Assembly (NCBI GenBank): GCA_041496705.1
Contig: JBGQFD010000001.1
Location: 39,127 to 103,126, forward strand
Origin: Gammaproteobacteria bacterium
Lineage (GTDB): Bacteria; Pseudomonadota; Gammaproteobacteria; Burkholderiales; SG8-39
DNA length: 64,000 bases
Direction of reading: 5' to 3'
In this document: positions 28,334 to 36,184 of the stretch, in pieces
Layout: every line of letters begins with the position of its first letter
Numbering within the stretch: the stretch's first letter is position 1
Notes under the pieces: model-generated
Told to the model about the DNA's origin: nothing
Database searches by the model: none
Seen by the model: the letters and a program-made list of their open reading frames with translations, nothing else
Translations under genes and position numbers: made by a program

Positions 28334-29284
28334 ATGAACTACGGGGCTGCAAGCGCGTTCCAGATCCTGCAGTCGGTGTTCGTGGTGCTCGCCGCGCCGC
28401 TGCTCATGGGCTGGGTCAATCAGTGCCGCGCCTGGCTGCAGAACCGATCGGCGCCGAGCCTGCTGCTGCCGTACTGGACGCTGGCGAAGCTGTTCCACAA
28501 GGACGCCGTGTTCGCACGCAACGCCTCGCCGATTTTTCGATGGACGCCCTACATTCTGTTCGGCTGCATGTGGCTCGCCGCGGGCATCGTGCCGGTACTG
28601 GCGACCGGCCTGCCCTTCGCGCCCGCCGCGGACATCATCGCGCTCGTCGGAGTGTTCGCGCTCGCGCGAGTGTTCTCCGCGCTCGCCGCCATGGACATCG
28701 GCACCTCGTTCGGCGGACTGGGCGCCCGGCGCGAAATGCTGATCGGTTTTCTCGCCGAGCCGGCGATGCTGATGACGCTGTTCACCGCGGCCTTCATTTC
28801 CGGCTCCACCCAGCTCACTACCATCGTGGACACGCTCGGACACCGCGAGTTCGCGCTCCACCCGAGCCTCGCCTTCGCGGCGGTCGCCTTCCTCATGGTG
28901 CTGCTCGCCGAGAACGCGCGCATCCCGATTGACAATCCGACTACTCACCTCGAGCTCACCATGGTGCACGAGGCGCTGATTCTCGAGTACTCGGCGCGGC
29001 ATCTTGCGCTGATCGAATGGGCGGTCGCGATCAAGCTCTTCGCCTACATCACCATCGGCATTGCGCTCTTCGTCCCCTGGGGCATCGCCGAGGCCGGCGA
29101 CTGGATGGCGCTGCCGCTGGCGGTCGCGGCGCTCCTGATCAAGCTCGCCCTGGCCGGCGCCGGGCTGGCACTGATCGAAGCAGTGCTCGCCAAGCTGCGG
29201 CTCTTCCTCGCCCCCGAGTTCCTGTCCACCGCGTTCCTGCTGGCGGTGCTGGGCATGCTCACGCACTTTCTGGTTCAAGGCTGA
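28334..29284 (+). CDS. HyfC/HycD-like (NuoH-family) membrane subunit
   Basis: 316 aa, polytopic, with FDIPTAE-equivalent region RIPIDNPTTHLELTMVHEALILEYS. Confidence 0.85.
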   Translation: MNYGAASAFQILQSVFVVLAAPLLMGWVNQCRAWLQNRSAPSLLLPYWTLAKLFHKDAVFARNASPIFRWTPYILFGCMWLAAGIVPVLATGLPFAPAADIIALVGVFALARVFSALAAMDIGTSFGGLGARREMLIGFLAEPAMLMTLFTAAFISGSTQLTTIVDTLGHREFALHPSLAFAAVAFLMVLLAENARIPIDNPTTHLELTMVHEALILEYSARHLALIEWAVAIKLFAYITIGIALFVPWGIAEAGDWMALPLAVAALLIKLALAGAGLALIEAVLAKLRLFLAPEFLSTAFLLAVLGMLTHFLVQG

Positions 29285-29289
29285 AAGAG

Positions 29290-29946
29290 ATGCCGCTCCT
29301 CGCCCAGCTCGTCAACGTTCTCGCGGCATTTCTGCTGCTGCTCGCGTTCGCCATGCTTTCCCAGCGCCGCGTCCTCACTCTGATCAAGCTCTTCGCCTGG
29401 CAGGGCGCGGCGCTCGCGTTGTCGACCGGAATCGTCGCCTGGTCGACCGGTCAGACGCACCTCTACTGGTCGGCGCTGCTGACGGTGCTGCTCAAGGTGA
29501 TCCTCATCCCCTGGGTCCTGCACCGACTGATCGACCGACTGTACGTGCGCTGGGACATCGAGACCCTGATCAACATTCCGACCACGATGCTGATCGGCAT
29601 CGGGCTGGTGATCTTCGCCTTCGCTCTTGCCGCCCCGATCTCGCAGATGGCGAGCACACTCACGCGCTCCACCCTGGGGATCGCGATGGCGAGCATTCTG
29701 CTCTCCTTCCTCATGATGATCGTGCGCAGAAAGGCGGTGCCGCAGGTGATCGGCTTTCTCGCGATGGAAAACGGCCTGTTCTTCGCCGCTACCAGCGCGA
29801 CCTACGGAATGCCGCTTGTGGTGGAGCTCGGCGTGGCGCTCGACGTGCTGGTGGGCACCTTCATCTTCGGCATCTTCTTCTTCCATATCCGCGAGCAGTT
29901 CGACTCCCTCGACATCCGGCATATGGAAAAGCTGAAGGAAGACTGA
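29290..29946 (+). CDS. HyfE-like small membrane subunit
   Basis: 218 aa starting at the internal Met of ORF 29017..29946. About six TM helices. Position and size match HyfE. Confidence 0.75.
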   Translation: MPLLAQLVNVLAAFLLLLAFAMLSQRRVLTLIKLFAWQGAALALSTGIVAWSTGQTHLYWSALLTVLLKVILIPWVLHRLIDRLYVRWDIETLINIPTTMLIGIGLVIFAFALAAPISQMASTLTRSTLGIAMASILLSFLMMIVRRKAVPQVIGFLAMENGLFFAATSATYGMPLVVELGVALDVLVGTFIFGIFFFHIREQFDSLDIRHMEKLKED

Positions 29947-29947
29947 G

Positions 29948-31396
29948 ATGGAAATCGCGCTTGTCCTCGGCGTCCCGCTACTCGGCGGGCTGCTACTCGC
30001 GCTCGTCGGCCACAAGCGCTGGGCGCCGGAGCTGAATGCTTTAATGAGCCTCATCGCCCTTGTCGCCGCGGCAGCGCTGACCCGTCGCGTCATCACCGAC
30101 GGCCCGATGACGGCGCTGCAGGAGCAGTTCTTCGTCGATCCGTTCAACGTGTTCCTGGTGGCGCTGACGGCCTTCGTCGCCTTCACCACCGCGCTGTTCT
30201 CCCGGCCCTACATGCGCATCGAGGAGCACCACGGGCGCCTGAACGCGGCACGCTTGCGCCTCTACCACAGCATGTATCAGTTGTTTTCCTTCACCATGGT
30301 GTTGTGCCTGCTATCGAACAATGTCGGCATCCTGTGGGTGGCACTGGAGGGCGCGACGCTCTCGACCGTGCTGCTGGTGAGCCTGTACCGCACGCCAGCG
30401 AGCCTCGAGGCGGCGTGGAAGTATTTCATTCTCTGCTCGGTCGGCATCGCGCAGGCATTGTTCGGCGTGATTTTGCTCTATTTCGCCGCGGAAAAAGTTC
30501 TCGGCCCGGGAGGGACTTCACTCCTGTGGACGCACCTGTACGCAGTGCGCGAACAGCTCGAACCGACGGTGCTGTCGCTCGCGTTCGTGTTCCTGCTTGT
30601 CGGCTTTGGCACCAAAGTGGGCCTGGTGCCGTTGCACAACTGGCTGCCCGACGCGCACGCCGAAGGCCCGACCCCGGTATCGGCGGTGCTCTCGGGGCTG
30701 CTCCTCAACGTTGCGCTATACGCCGTGGTGCGCAGCAAGGTCCTGGTGGACGGCGCGCTCGGGCGCAATTTCTCCGGCGGACTGATGATGGGCTTCGGCC
30801 TGCTCTCGGTCGTCGTTGCGGCGTTCTTCCTCTCCCGGCAGCGCGACATCAAACGCATGTTCGCCTATTCGTCGGTCGAGCACATGGGCATCATGACTTT
30901 CGCCTTCGGCATGGGCGGACCGGTGGCGGCGTTCGCAGGACTCCTGCACATGACGGTGCACTCGCTCACCAAGAGCGCGATCTTCTTCACCGTCGGCCAC
31001 GCCTCGCAGAAGACCGGCACGCAGAACATGGCGGACATCCGCGGGCTCATCGAGCAGAGCCCCGCGATCGGTTGGGGCCTGGTGCTCGGCAGCCTCGCCA
31101 TCCTCGGCATGCCGCCCTTCGGCGTGTTCACGAGCGAGTTCATGGTGCTCACCACCGCGATGCACGAGCACCCCTGGGCGACGCCTTTCCTGCTGGTGGC
31201 GCTCGGCGTGGCGTTCGCCGCGATTTTCGGCAAGGTGCAGCCGATGGTATTCGGCGAAACCAATGCGCGCCGGCTGCCGCACGCGCCGGCGCTCATCCCG
31301 GTTTTCGTCCACCTGGGGATCGTATTGATGCTCGGACTCTACATTCCGCCCTATCTCGTCGGCTGGTATCGCCAGGCGGCGGCGCTGATCGGGTGA
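29948..31396 (+). CDS. HyfF-like antiporter-type membrane subunit (NuoM/N family)
   Basis: 482 aa with LHNWLPDAHAEGPTPVSAVLSG and YSSVEHMG. Confidence 0.85.
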   Translation: MEIALVLGVPLLGGLLLALVGHKRWAPELNALMSLIALVAAAALTRRVITDGPMTALQEQFFVDPFNVFLVALTAFVAFTTALFSRPYMRIEEHHGRLNAARLRLYHSMYQLFSFTMVLCLLSNNVGILWVALEGATLSTVLLVSLYRTPASLEAAWKYFILCSVGIAQALFGVILLYFAAEKVLGPGGTSLLWTHLYAVREQLEPTVLSLAFVFLLVGFGTKVGLVPLHNWLPDAHAEGPTPVSAVLSGLLLNVALYAVVRSKVLVDGALGRNFSGGLMMGFGLLSVVVAAFFLSRQRDIKRMFAYSSVEHMGIMTFAFGMGGPVAAFAGLLHMTVHSLTKSAIFFTVGHASQKTGTQNMADIRGLIEQSPAIGWGLVLGSLAILGMPPFGVFTSEFMVLTTAMHEHPWATPFLLVALGVAFAAIFGKVQPMVFGETNARRLPHAPALIPVFVHLGIVLMLGLYIPPYLVGWYRQAAALIG

Positions 31397-32952
31397 TCGT
31401 GAACGAGACATTCAAAGAGCTGGGATTGAACGCCGCAGCGCTTCCTGGGGCGATGCCGGTGTTCTGCGCCTCGATCCCGGCCGGCGAGTTGCGCGGCATC
31501 TGCGAGCAGGCGCGCGCGCGCAAGGCGCGCCTCGTGGCGCTGTGGGGCAGCGACGAGACGCAGCGCCATGCGGGTTTCGCGCTGCACTTCGCGTTGGCCT
31601 TCCCCGCGGGTCTCCTCTGGCTCAGCGTGCCGCTATCGCGAGAGGACCCGCGCTATCCCGGCATCGCCGACATCTATCCGAGCGCGAACCGCATGCAGCG
31701 CGCCACCGCCGACCTGCTCGGTATCCGTCCGGATGAGGGCGCCGATCCACGCAAGTGGCTGCGCCACGGCGCCTGGCCCGAGGACACCTTTCCGCTGCGC
31801 AAGAGCGTCGGTGCGGGCGCCCGCTTCCCCCAGGCGCCGGACCGCTATCCATTTGTCTCCGTCGAAGGCGAAGGCGTGCACGAGATCCCGGTCGGCCCGG
31901 TCCATGCGGGCACGATCGAGCCCGGGCATTTTCGCTTTTCCATCGTCGGCGAGAAAATCCTGCGGCTGGAGGAGCGGCTCGGCTACAAGCACAAGGGCAT
32001 CGAGAAGCTCTTCGAGTCGATGACGCTCGAAGAGGGCGCGAAGCTCTCGGGCAGGGTGAGCGGCGATTCTACGGTCGCCTATGCCTGGGCCTACGCCATG
32101 GCGGTCGAAGGGGCCACGGGAACCGCGCCGCCGAGCCGGGCGCTCGCGCTGCGCGGCGTCTTCCTCGAGCTCGAGCGCATCGCCAACCACCTCGGCGACC
32201 TCGGTTACCTCGGCAACGACGTCGCGCTGTCCTTCGGCTTTTTTCAGTTCTGGCGGCTGAAGGAAGATCTGCTGCGGACGAACGCGCGCCTGTTCGGCCA
32301 CCGCTACCTGATGGACGCCGTCGTTCCCGGCGGCGTCGCGAAGGACCTGCCGCGCCCCGAGGCCGAATTCCTCACCGGCCACCTGGACAAGATCGAGCGC
32401 GAGGTCGTGACGCTCAAGGCAATCTACGACGAGCACGCGGGCGCGCAGGACCGCTTCATCATGACAGGACAGGTGCCCCCGGAACTCGCCGAGCGCATGG
32501 GCCTCACCGGGATCGCCGGCCGCGCGAGCGGGATGACGCGCGATCTGCGCAGCGATCATCCGATTCCGCCCTACCAGCAGATCGACCCCCGCATCGCTTC
32601 GCACACGCGCGGGGACGTCGCGGCGCGCGTATCGGTGCGCTTCGACGAGGTCTTCGAATCGATGCGCCTGGTACGCGCGCTCGTGCAGCAGCTGCCGCCC
32701 GGCGCGATCCGCACGGCGGTCGCGGCGGCCGAAGCGGGCGGGCGCGGCCTCGGCTGGGTCGAGGGCTGGCGCGGCGAAGTGCTGATCGCGCTCGAGACCG
32801 CCGGGGCAAACCGCATCCACCGCCTGCATCCGCACGATCCTTCCTGGCAGAACTGGCCGCTCCTCGAGCACGCGGTGCACGGCAATATCGTTCCAGACTT
32901 TCCGCTCATCAACAAGTCGTTCAATCTGAGTTACAGCGGAGCAGACCTCTGA
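31393..32952 (+). CDS. HyfG/HycE-like NuoC-NuoD fusion subunit lacking the [NiFe] cysteine ligands
   Basis: 519 aa from a GTG that overlaps the hyfF-like stop (GTGA). Motifs GPVHAGTIEPGHFRF, LGYKHKGIEK and ERIANHLGDLG. The ligand motifs read RVSGDSTVAY and NLSYSGADL-stop in place of RxCGxCxxxH and DPCxxCxxR/H. Confidence 0.85.
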   Translation: MIVNETFKELGLNAAALPGAMPVFCASIPAGELRGICEQARARKARLVALWGSDETQRHAGFALHFALAFPAGLLWLSVPLSREDPRYPGIADIYPSANRMQRATADLLGIRPDEGADPRKWLRHGAWPEDTFPLRKSVGAGARFPQAPDRYPFVSVEGEGVHEIPVGPVHAGTIEPGHFRFSIVGEKILRLEERLGYKHKGIEKLFESMTLEEGAKLSGRVSGDSTVAYAWAYAMAVEGATGTAPPSRALALRGVFLELERIANHLGDLGYLGNDVALSFGFFQFWRLKEDLLRTNARLFGHRYLMDAVVPGGVAKDLPRPEAEFLTGHLDKIEREVVTLKAIYDEHAGAQDRFIMTGQVPPELAERMGLTGIAGRASGMTRDLRSDHPIPPYQQIDPRIASHTRGDVAARVSVRFDEVFESMRLVRALVQQLPPGAIRTAVAAAEAGGRGLGWVEGWRGEVLIALETAGANRIHRLHPHDPSWQNWPLLEHAVHGNIVPDFPLINKSFNLSYSGADL

Positions 32953-33470
32953 TGTATCAACTCCTGAAACAGATCGCAAAGACCGGCATCGTCACCGAGC
33001 CCGCGCCGCTCCCGGATGCGGCACTGCGCGAAACCGAGCAGCGGCTGGGCGAGGTGATCCTGCGGCACTTCGGGCGCGCGCTGGCGATCCGCCACGTAGA
33101 CGCCGGATCGTGCAACGGCTGCGAACTCGAGATCCATGCGATGAACAGCCCCTACTACAACCTCGAGCGGCTCGGCATCAAGTTCGTCGCCAGCCCGCGC
33201 CATGCCGACCTGCTGCTGGTGACCGGGCCGGTGTCGCGCCATATGGAGGTCGCGCTCAAGCGCACCTACGACGCCACACCCGATCCCAAGCTGGTCGTGG
33301 CGATCGGCGACTGTGGCTGCACGGGGGGAGTGTTTGGCGAGAGCTACGCGAGCTGCGGACGCGTGGCTAACGTGATCCCGGTGGACATCGCCGTGCCCGG
33401 CTGTCCGCCCGAACCGCTAGCGATCATGCGCGGCATCCTCACCGCGATCACCCCCGGAAAACGGCGCTAG
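32952..33470 (+). CDS. HyfI/HycG-like NuoB-family [4Fe-4S] subunit
   Basis: 172 aa, with the ATG overlapping the upstream TGA. Cluster cysteines are retained (GSCNGCELE, IGDCGCTGG, PGCPP). Confidence 0.85.
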   Translation: MYQLLKQIAKTGIVTEPAPLPDAALRETEQRLGEVILRHFGRALAIRHVDAGSCNGCELEIHAMNSPYYNLERLGIKFVASPRHADLLLVTGPVSRHMEVALKRTYDATPDPKLVVAIGDCGCTGGVFGESYASCGRVANVIPVDIAVPGCPPEPLAIMRGILTAITPGKRR

Positions 33471-33475
33471 CGTCG

Positions 33476-33913
33476 ATGGAACTCTCACTCGCCTTCATCG
33501 GCTGGTTCTTCACGCTGACCTCGGCCGGCGCCGTGCTCCTTTCAGTGATCCTCATCGCCACGCTGTTCAACGCCGGCGAGCTGTCGCGGCGTTACCTCAG
33601 CTACAGCTTCTGGAACGACCTGATGCTGGGTGCAATCTGGGTGCTCGGGCTCGCGGGGGGAATCGGCGTGATCCGCCTGCAGCCCTGGGGCCGCTATCTG
33701 CTGGAGCTTTTCTGCTGGGCGCTGATCGTGCTGATGCTGCTCTCGGCCGCGAGTCGCCTGTACGCGCTGCGCCGGTCCGGGCCGGGCGACCCGCCGGTCA
33801 ACTGGCTCGGTGCGATCTCCGGGGTGACGCTGATAGTCGTCCCGCTCCTCGCCATCTGCGCCGCTACGATCGTGACGCTGCGCAGCCCCGAGGCACTGAA
33901 AGCATTCTCCTAG
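33476..33913 (+). CDS. four-TM membrane protein of unknown function, last gene of the hyf-like operon
   Basis: 145 aa, starting 5 nt after the NuoB-like gene ends. Four hydrophobic helices. I recognise no family. Confidence 0.55.
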   Translation: MELSLAFIGWFFTLTSAGAVLLSVILIATLFNAGELSRRYLSYSFWNDLMLGAIWVLGLAGGIGVIRLQPWGRYLLELFCWALIVLMLLSAASRLYALRRSGPGDPPVNWLGAISGVTLIVVPLLAICAATIVTLRSPEALKAFS

Positions 33914-34056
33914 GGCTTGAGGTAAGCGTAACCCTCCTTTGGCTGCAGGTGCGTGGCCTGCACCACACCGGAGGGCACGAACTCGACACCAAGGATGAAC
34001 TGCTCCTTCTTCAGCTTGCGGTTGCGCAGCGTGATCTCGCAGAGCTGGAACTTCAC
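33910..34056 (-). CDS. candidate 48-aa small protein ([48 protein letters not shown])
   Basis: Below the ORF-track size cutoff; found by reading the minus strand. Third-codon positions are G/C in about 42 of 48 codons, typical of real genes here. GTG start preceded by an in-frame TAA. No clear Shine-Dalgarno and no family recognised. Confidence 0.3.
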   Translation of the reverse strand: MKFQLCEITLRNRKLKKEQFILGVEFVPSGVVQATHLQPKEGYAYLKP

Positions 34057-34105
34057 GAAACGCCGATCACTTTACGCGAACCGCCCAAGATTGGAAAATC
34101 CACCC

Positions 34106-34375
34106 ATGGCCAAACAGCTGAGAATTTCCGGCCACGTCCAAGGTGTGGGCTTCCGCTACTCGTTGATGGAGGAAGCCGAACGGCTGGGCGTCACCGGCTG
34201 GGTGAGGAACCGCCGCGACAGCACGGTGGAAGCCGTGGTGGATGGTACGCCCGATACGGTCGAGGCGATGCTCGCCTGGGCGCGCCGCGGGCCTCGCGGT
34301 GCGCGCGTGACCGACGTCGAAGTCACCGAAGTTCCGGGAAGCTTCGAGCGCTTCGAGATGCGTCCGACCGAATAG
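34106..34375 (+). CDS. acyP: acylphosphatase
   Basis: 89 aa with HVQGVGFRY and [12 protein letters not shown] signatures. Confidence 0.9.
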   Translation: MAKQLRISGHVQGVGFRYSLMEEAERLGVTGWVRNRRDSTVEAVVDGTPDTVEAMLAWARRGPRGARVTDVEVTEVPGSFERFEMRPTE

Positions 34376-34407
34376 CGCGCACCCCCGACACCGACCGTTG
34401 CGCGAAT

Positions 34408-34647
34408 TCAGCTGCGCTGCCCCTCGCAAGCCTCCGAGTCGCGCTGGCAGGCTTCCTGGCAGGCCTGCGCGGCCGGAGCCTCGGTGGTCGTGCGCCGGCA
34501 GATCTTCATGCACGTGTCGAATGCGCCGCGGCACGTGGGGGCGCCGTCGGGCCCGGAGATGCCCCTGTAGGCGTAGTAGCCGACCGCCACGGCAATGGCG
34601 ATCACGACCAGAAGACCGAACGAGCTCAGGCCCTGCTGCGAATTCAT
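34408..34647 (-). CDS. small membrane-anchored cysteine-rich protein
   Basis: 79 aa with TM helix LSSFGLLVVIAIAVAVGYYAY followed by C-x6-C-x3-C-x12-C-x3-C-x6-C. ATGA overlap with the upstream lipoprotein gene. Confidence 0.6.
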   Translation of the reverse strand: MNSQQGLSSFGLLVVIAIAVAVGYYAYRGISGPDGAPTCRGAFDTCMKICRRTTTEAPAAQACQEACQRDSEACEGQRS

Positions 34648-35906
34648 CTTGACACCGCGTTCGCGCCAAAGGCGCCCACCGCGACGTACATCCCCGGCGT
34701 GAAGATGACGGCGCTAAGATCGGCGGCACCCGCCGAGGCCGTGCTCCAGTTCAGCCCGTCGTCGCTGTAGGCGACGGCGCCGCCCTGACCGACGGCAAGG
34801 AAGCGCGAGCCAAAGACGACGCCGCGGAGATTCTGCGAGAGCGGCGGAGCGACCGGGCTCCAGGAGAGCGTATCGCTGCTTGTCACGATCGTGCCCGCGT
34901 CGCCGACCGCCACGTAGCGGCCTGCGCCCGCGACCAGTCCGAACGCAGCGCCGCGCAAGGCGTTCGCGGTACCGGAGTTCGGCGCGGTCCAACTGCTCCC
35001 GTCCAGGCTCGTCAGCAGCGTTCCGTTCGCGCCGGTCGCGATGAAGCTCCCGTTCACGAATGTCACGCCGTTGAGATCATTCGGGGTGACCGGTGCGACT
35101 TGCGTCCAGGTAGTCCCGCTGTCGCTGCTCGTGAAGATGCTGCCACCGCTTCCCACGGCGACGAACAGCTGGAAACCGACGAATCCCACGGTGATTCCAT
35201 TCATTACCACAGGGCCGCTCGGGATGGCGTTGGCGGAAGTCCAGGTGAGGCCATCGCCGCTCGCCAGGACGGAACCGTCCCTGGCGAGCGCCATGAATGC
35301 GGCCCCGGTGAACACCATCGCGCCGAAGTCCTTGGCGGGGCCGGCCGGAACCGAGGTTGGCGTCGCCCAGGCTGTGACGCCGGGAGGATCATCGCTGGCG
35401 TAGTTGTAATCGCCCGCAAACAGCGCGCCGGCATCGCCGACCGCCACCAGCCGCGTGCCGCTGAAGGCAACCGCGTTGAGATTCTGGAGCGGCGCGCCGC
35501 CGAGCGGCAGCGGCGTGCCCGGTTTCCAAGTCGAGGTGGCTCCCGCGAGCCGAGGTATGATACCGGGGACCACCGGCGAGGCCGGCCCCGCCGGACTGTC
35601 CTGGTTGGTGGCGTTCATGACGAACGCGTACTCGGTTCCGTTTATCAGATTGGCGACGACGCGCGGCGATTGCGCAGTGCGAATGAGCGGCACGCCGGGC
35701 ACGGCCGGCACGACGGAGCTGCCGGCCCGATAGAAGATCCAGTAGGTCAGGTCGGGAAGCTGATCCCAGGAAACGAGCGCGACGCCGTCTCCCTCCTTGA
35801 CCTTCACGTTCCCCGGCGCGTCGCTGGGCGGATCCGCCTGCCGATGGCAGGCAGCGGCGCAAAGCAGCGTTACAACGGCGAGGAGGCGGAGCAGCAAGCG
35901 GTCCAA
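34644..35906 (-). CDS. putative lipoprotein with FN3-like domain and Ycf48/BNR-like beta-propeller repeats
   Basis: 420 aa with a TTG start. N-terminus LLAVVTLLCAAAC, FN3-like VKVKEGDGVALVSWD, and repeated S.D.G.TW blades (SGDGLTWTS, SSDSGTTWTQ, SLDGSSWTA, SSDTLSWSP, SDDGLNWST). Confidence 0.7.
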   Translation of the reverse strand: MDRLLLRLLAVVTLLCAAACHRQADPPSDAPGNVKVKEGDGVALVSWDQLPDLTYWIFYRAGSSVVPAVPGVPLIRTAQSPRVVANLINGTEYAFVMNATNQDSPAGPASPVVPGIIPRLAGATSTWKPGTPLPLGGAPLQNLNAVAFSGTRLVAVGDAGALFAGDYNYASDDPPGVTAWATPTSVPAGPAKDFGAMVFTGAAFMALARDGSVLASGDGLTWTSANAIPSGPVVMNGITVGFVGFQLFVAVGSGGSIFTSSDSGTTWTQVAPVTPNDLNGVTFVNGSFIATGANGTLLTSLDGSSWTAPNSGTANALRGAAFGLVAGAGRYVAVGDAGTIVTSSDTLSWSPVAPPLSQNLRGVVFGSRFLAVGQGGAVAYSDDGLNWSTASAGAADLSAVIFTPGMYVAVGAFGANAVSR

Positions 35907-36184
35907 TCGCGGAGTCCCTTCGTTTCGCGGCGGTCGAGACCTAATAGCGAAGCCCGACTCGCGCAGTGTATCAAACGGCGACCGGCATCACTCCCGGCTG
36001 ACGCCGCAGCGCGACCCTGCCCGCACTGCAACAAGCCTGCGCCGCGGACCCGGGACCGCCGCGATTGCCCGGCGCCTGCGAAGTGACTACCATCTCGCCT
36101 TCCAGAACGGCGGCGCCGATTTCACCATGCGGGACCGCACGATCCGCGCCGGTTCCACTGTCGAACAACAGGAGGAGTAGATTC

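Noticed and set aside
34106-34375. Acylphosphatase gene next to the hydrogenase-like locus, considered as a HypF-related maturation remnant
   Set aside because: It is a stand-alone 89-aa AcyP with no Zn-finger, YrdC or Kae1-like parts. It is separated from the operon by an opposite-strand small ORF, and the large subunit has no metal site to mature. The adjacency is probably coincidental.
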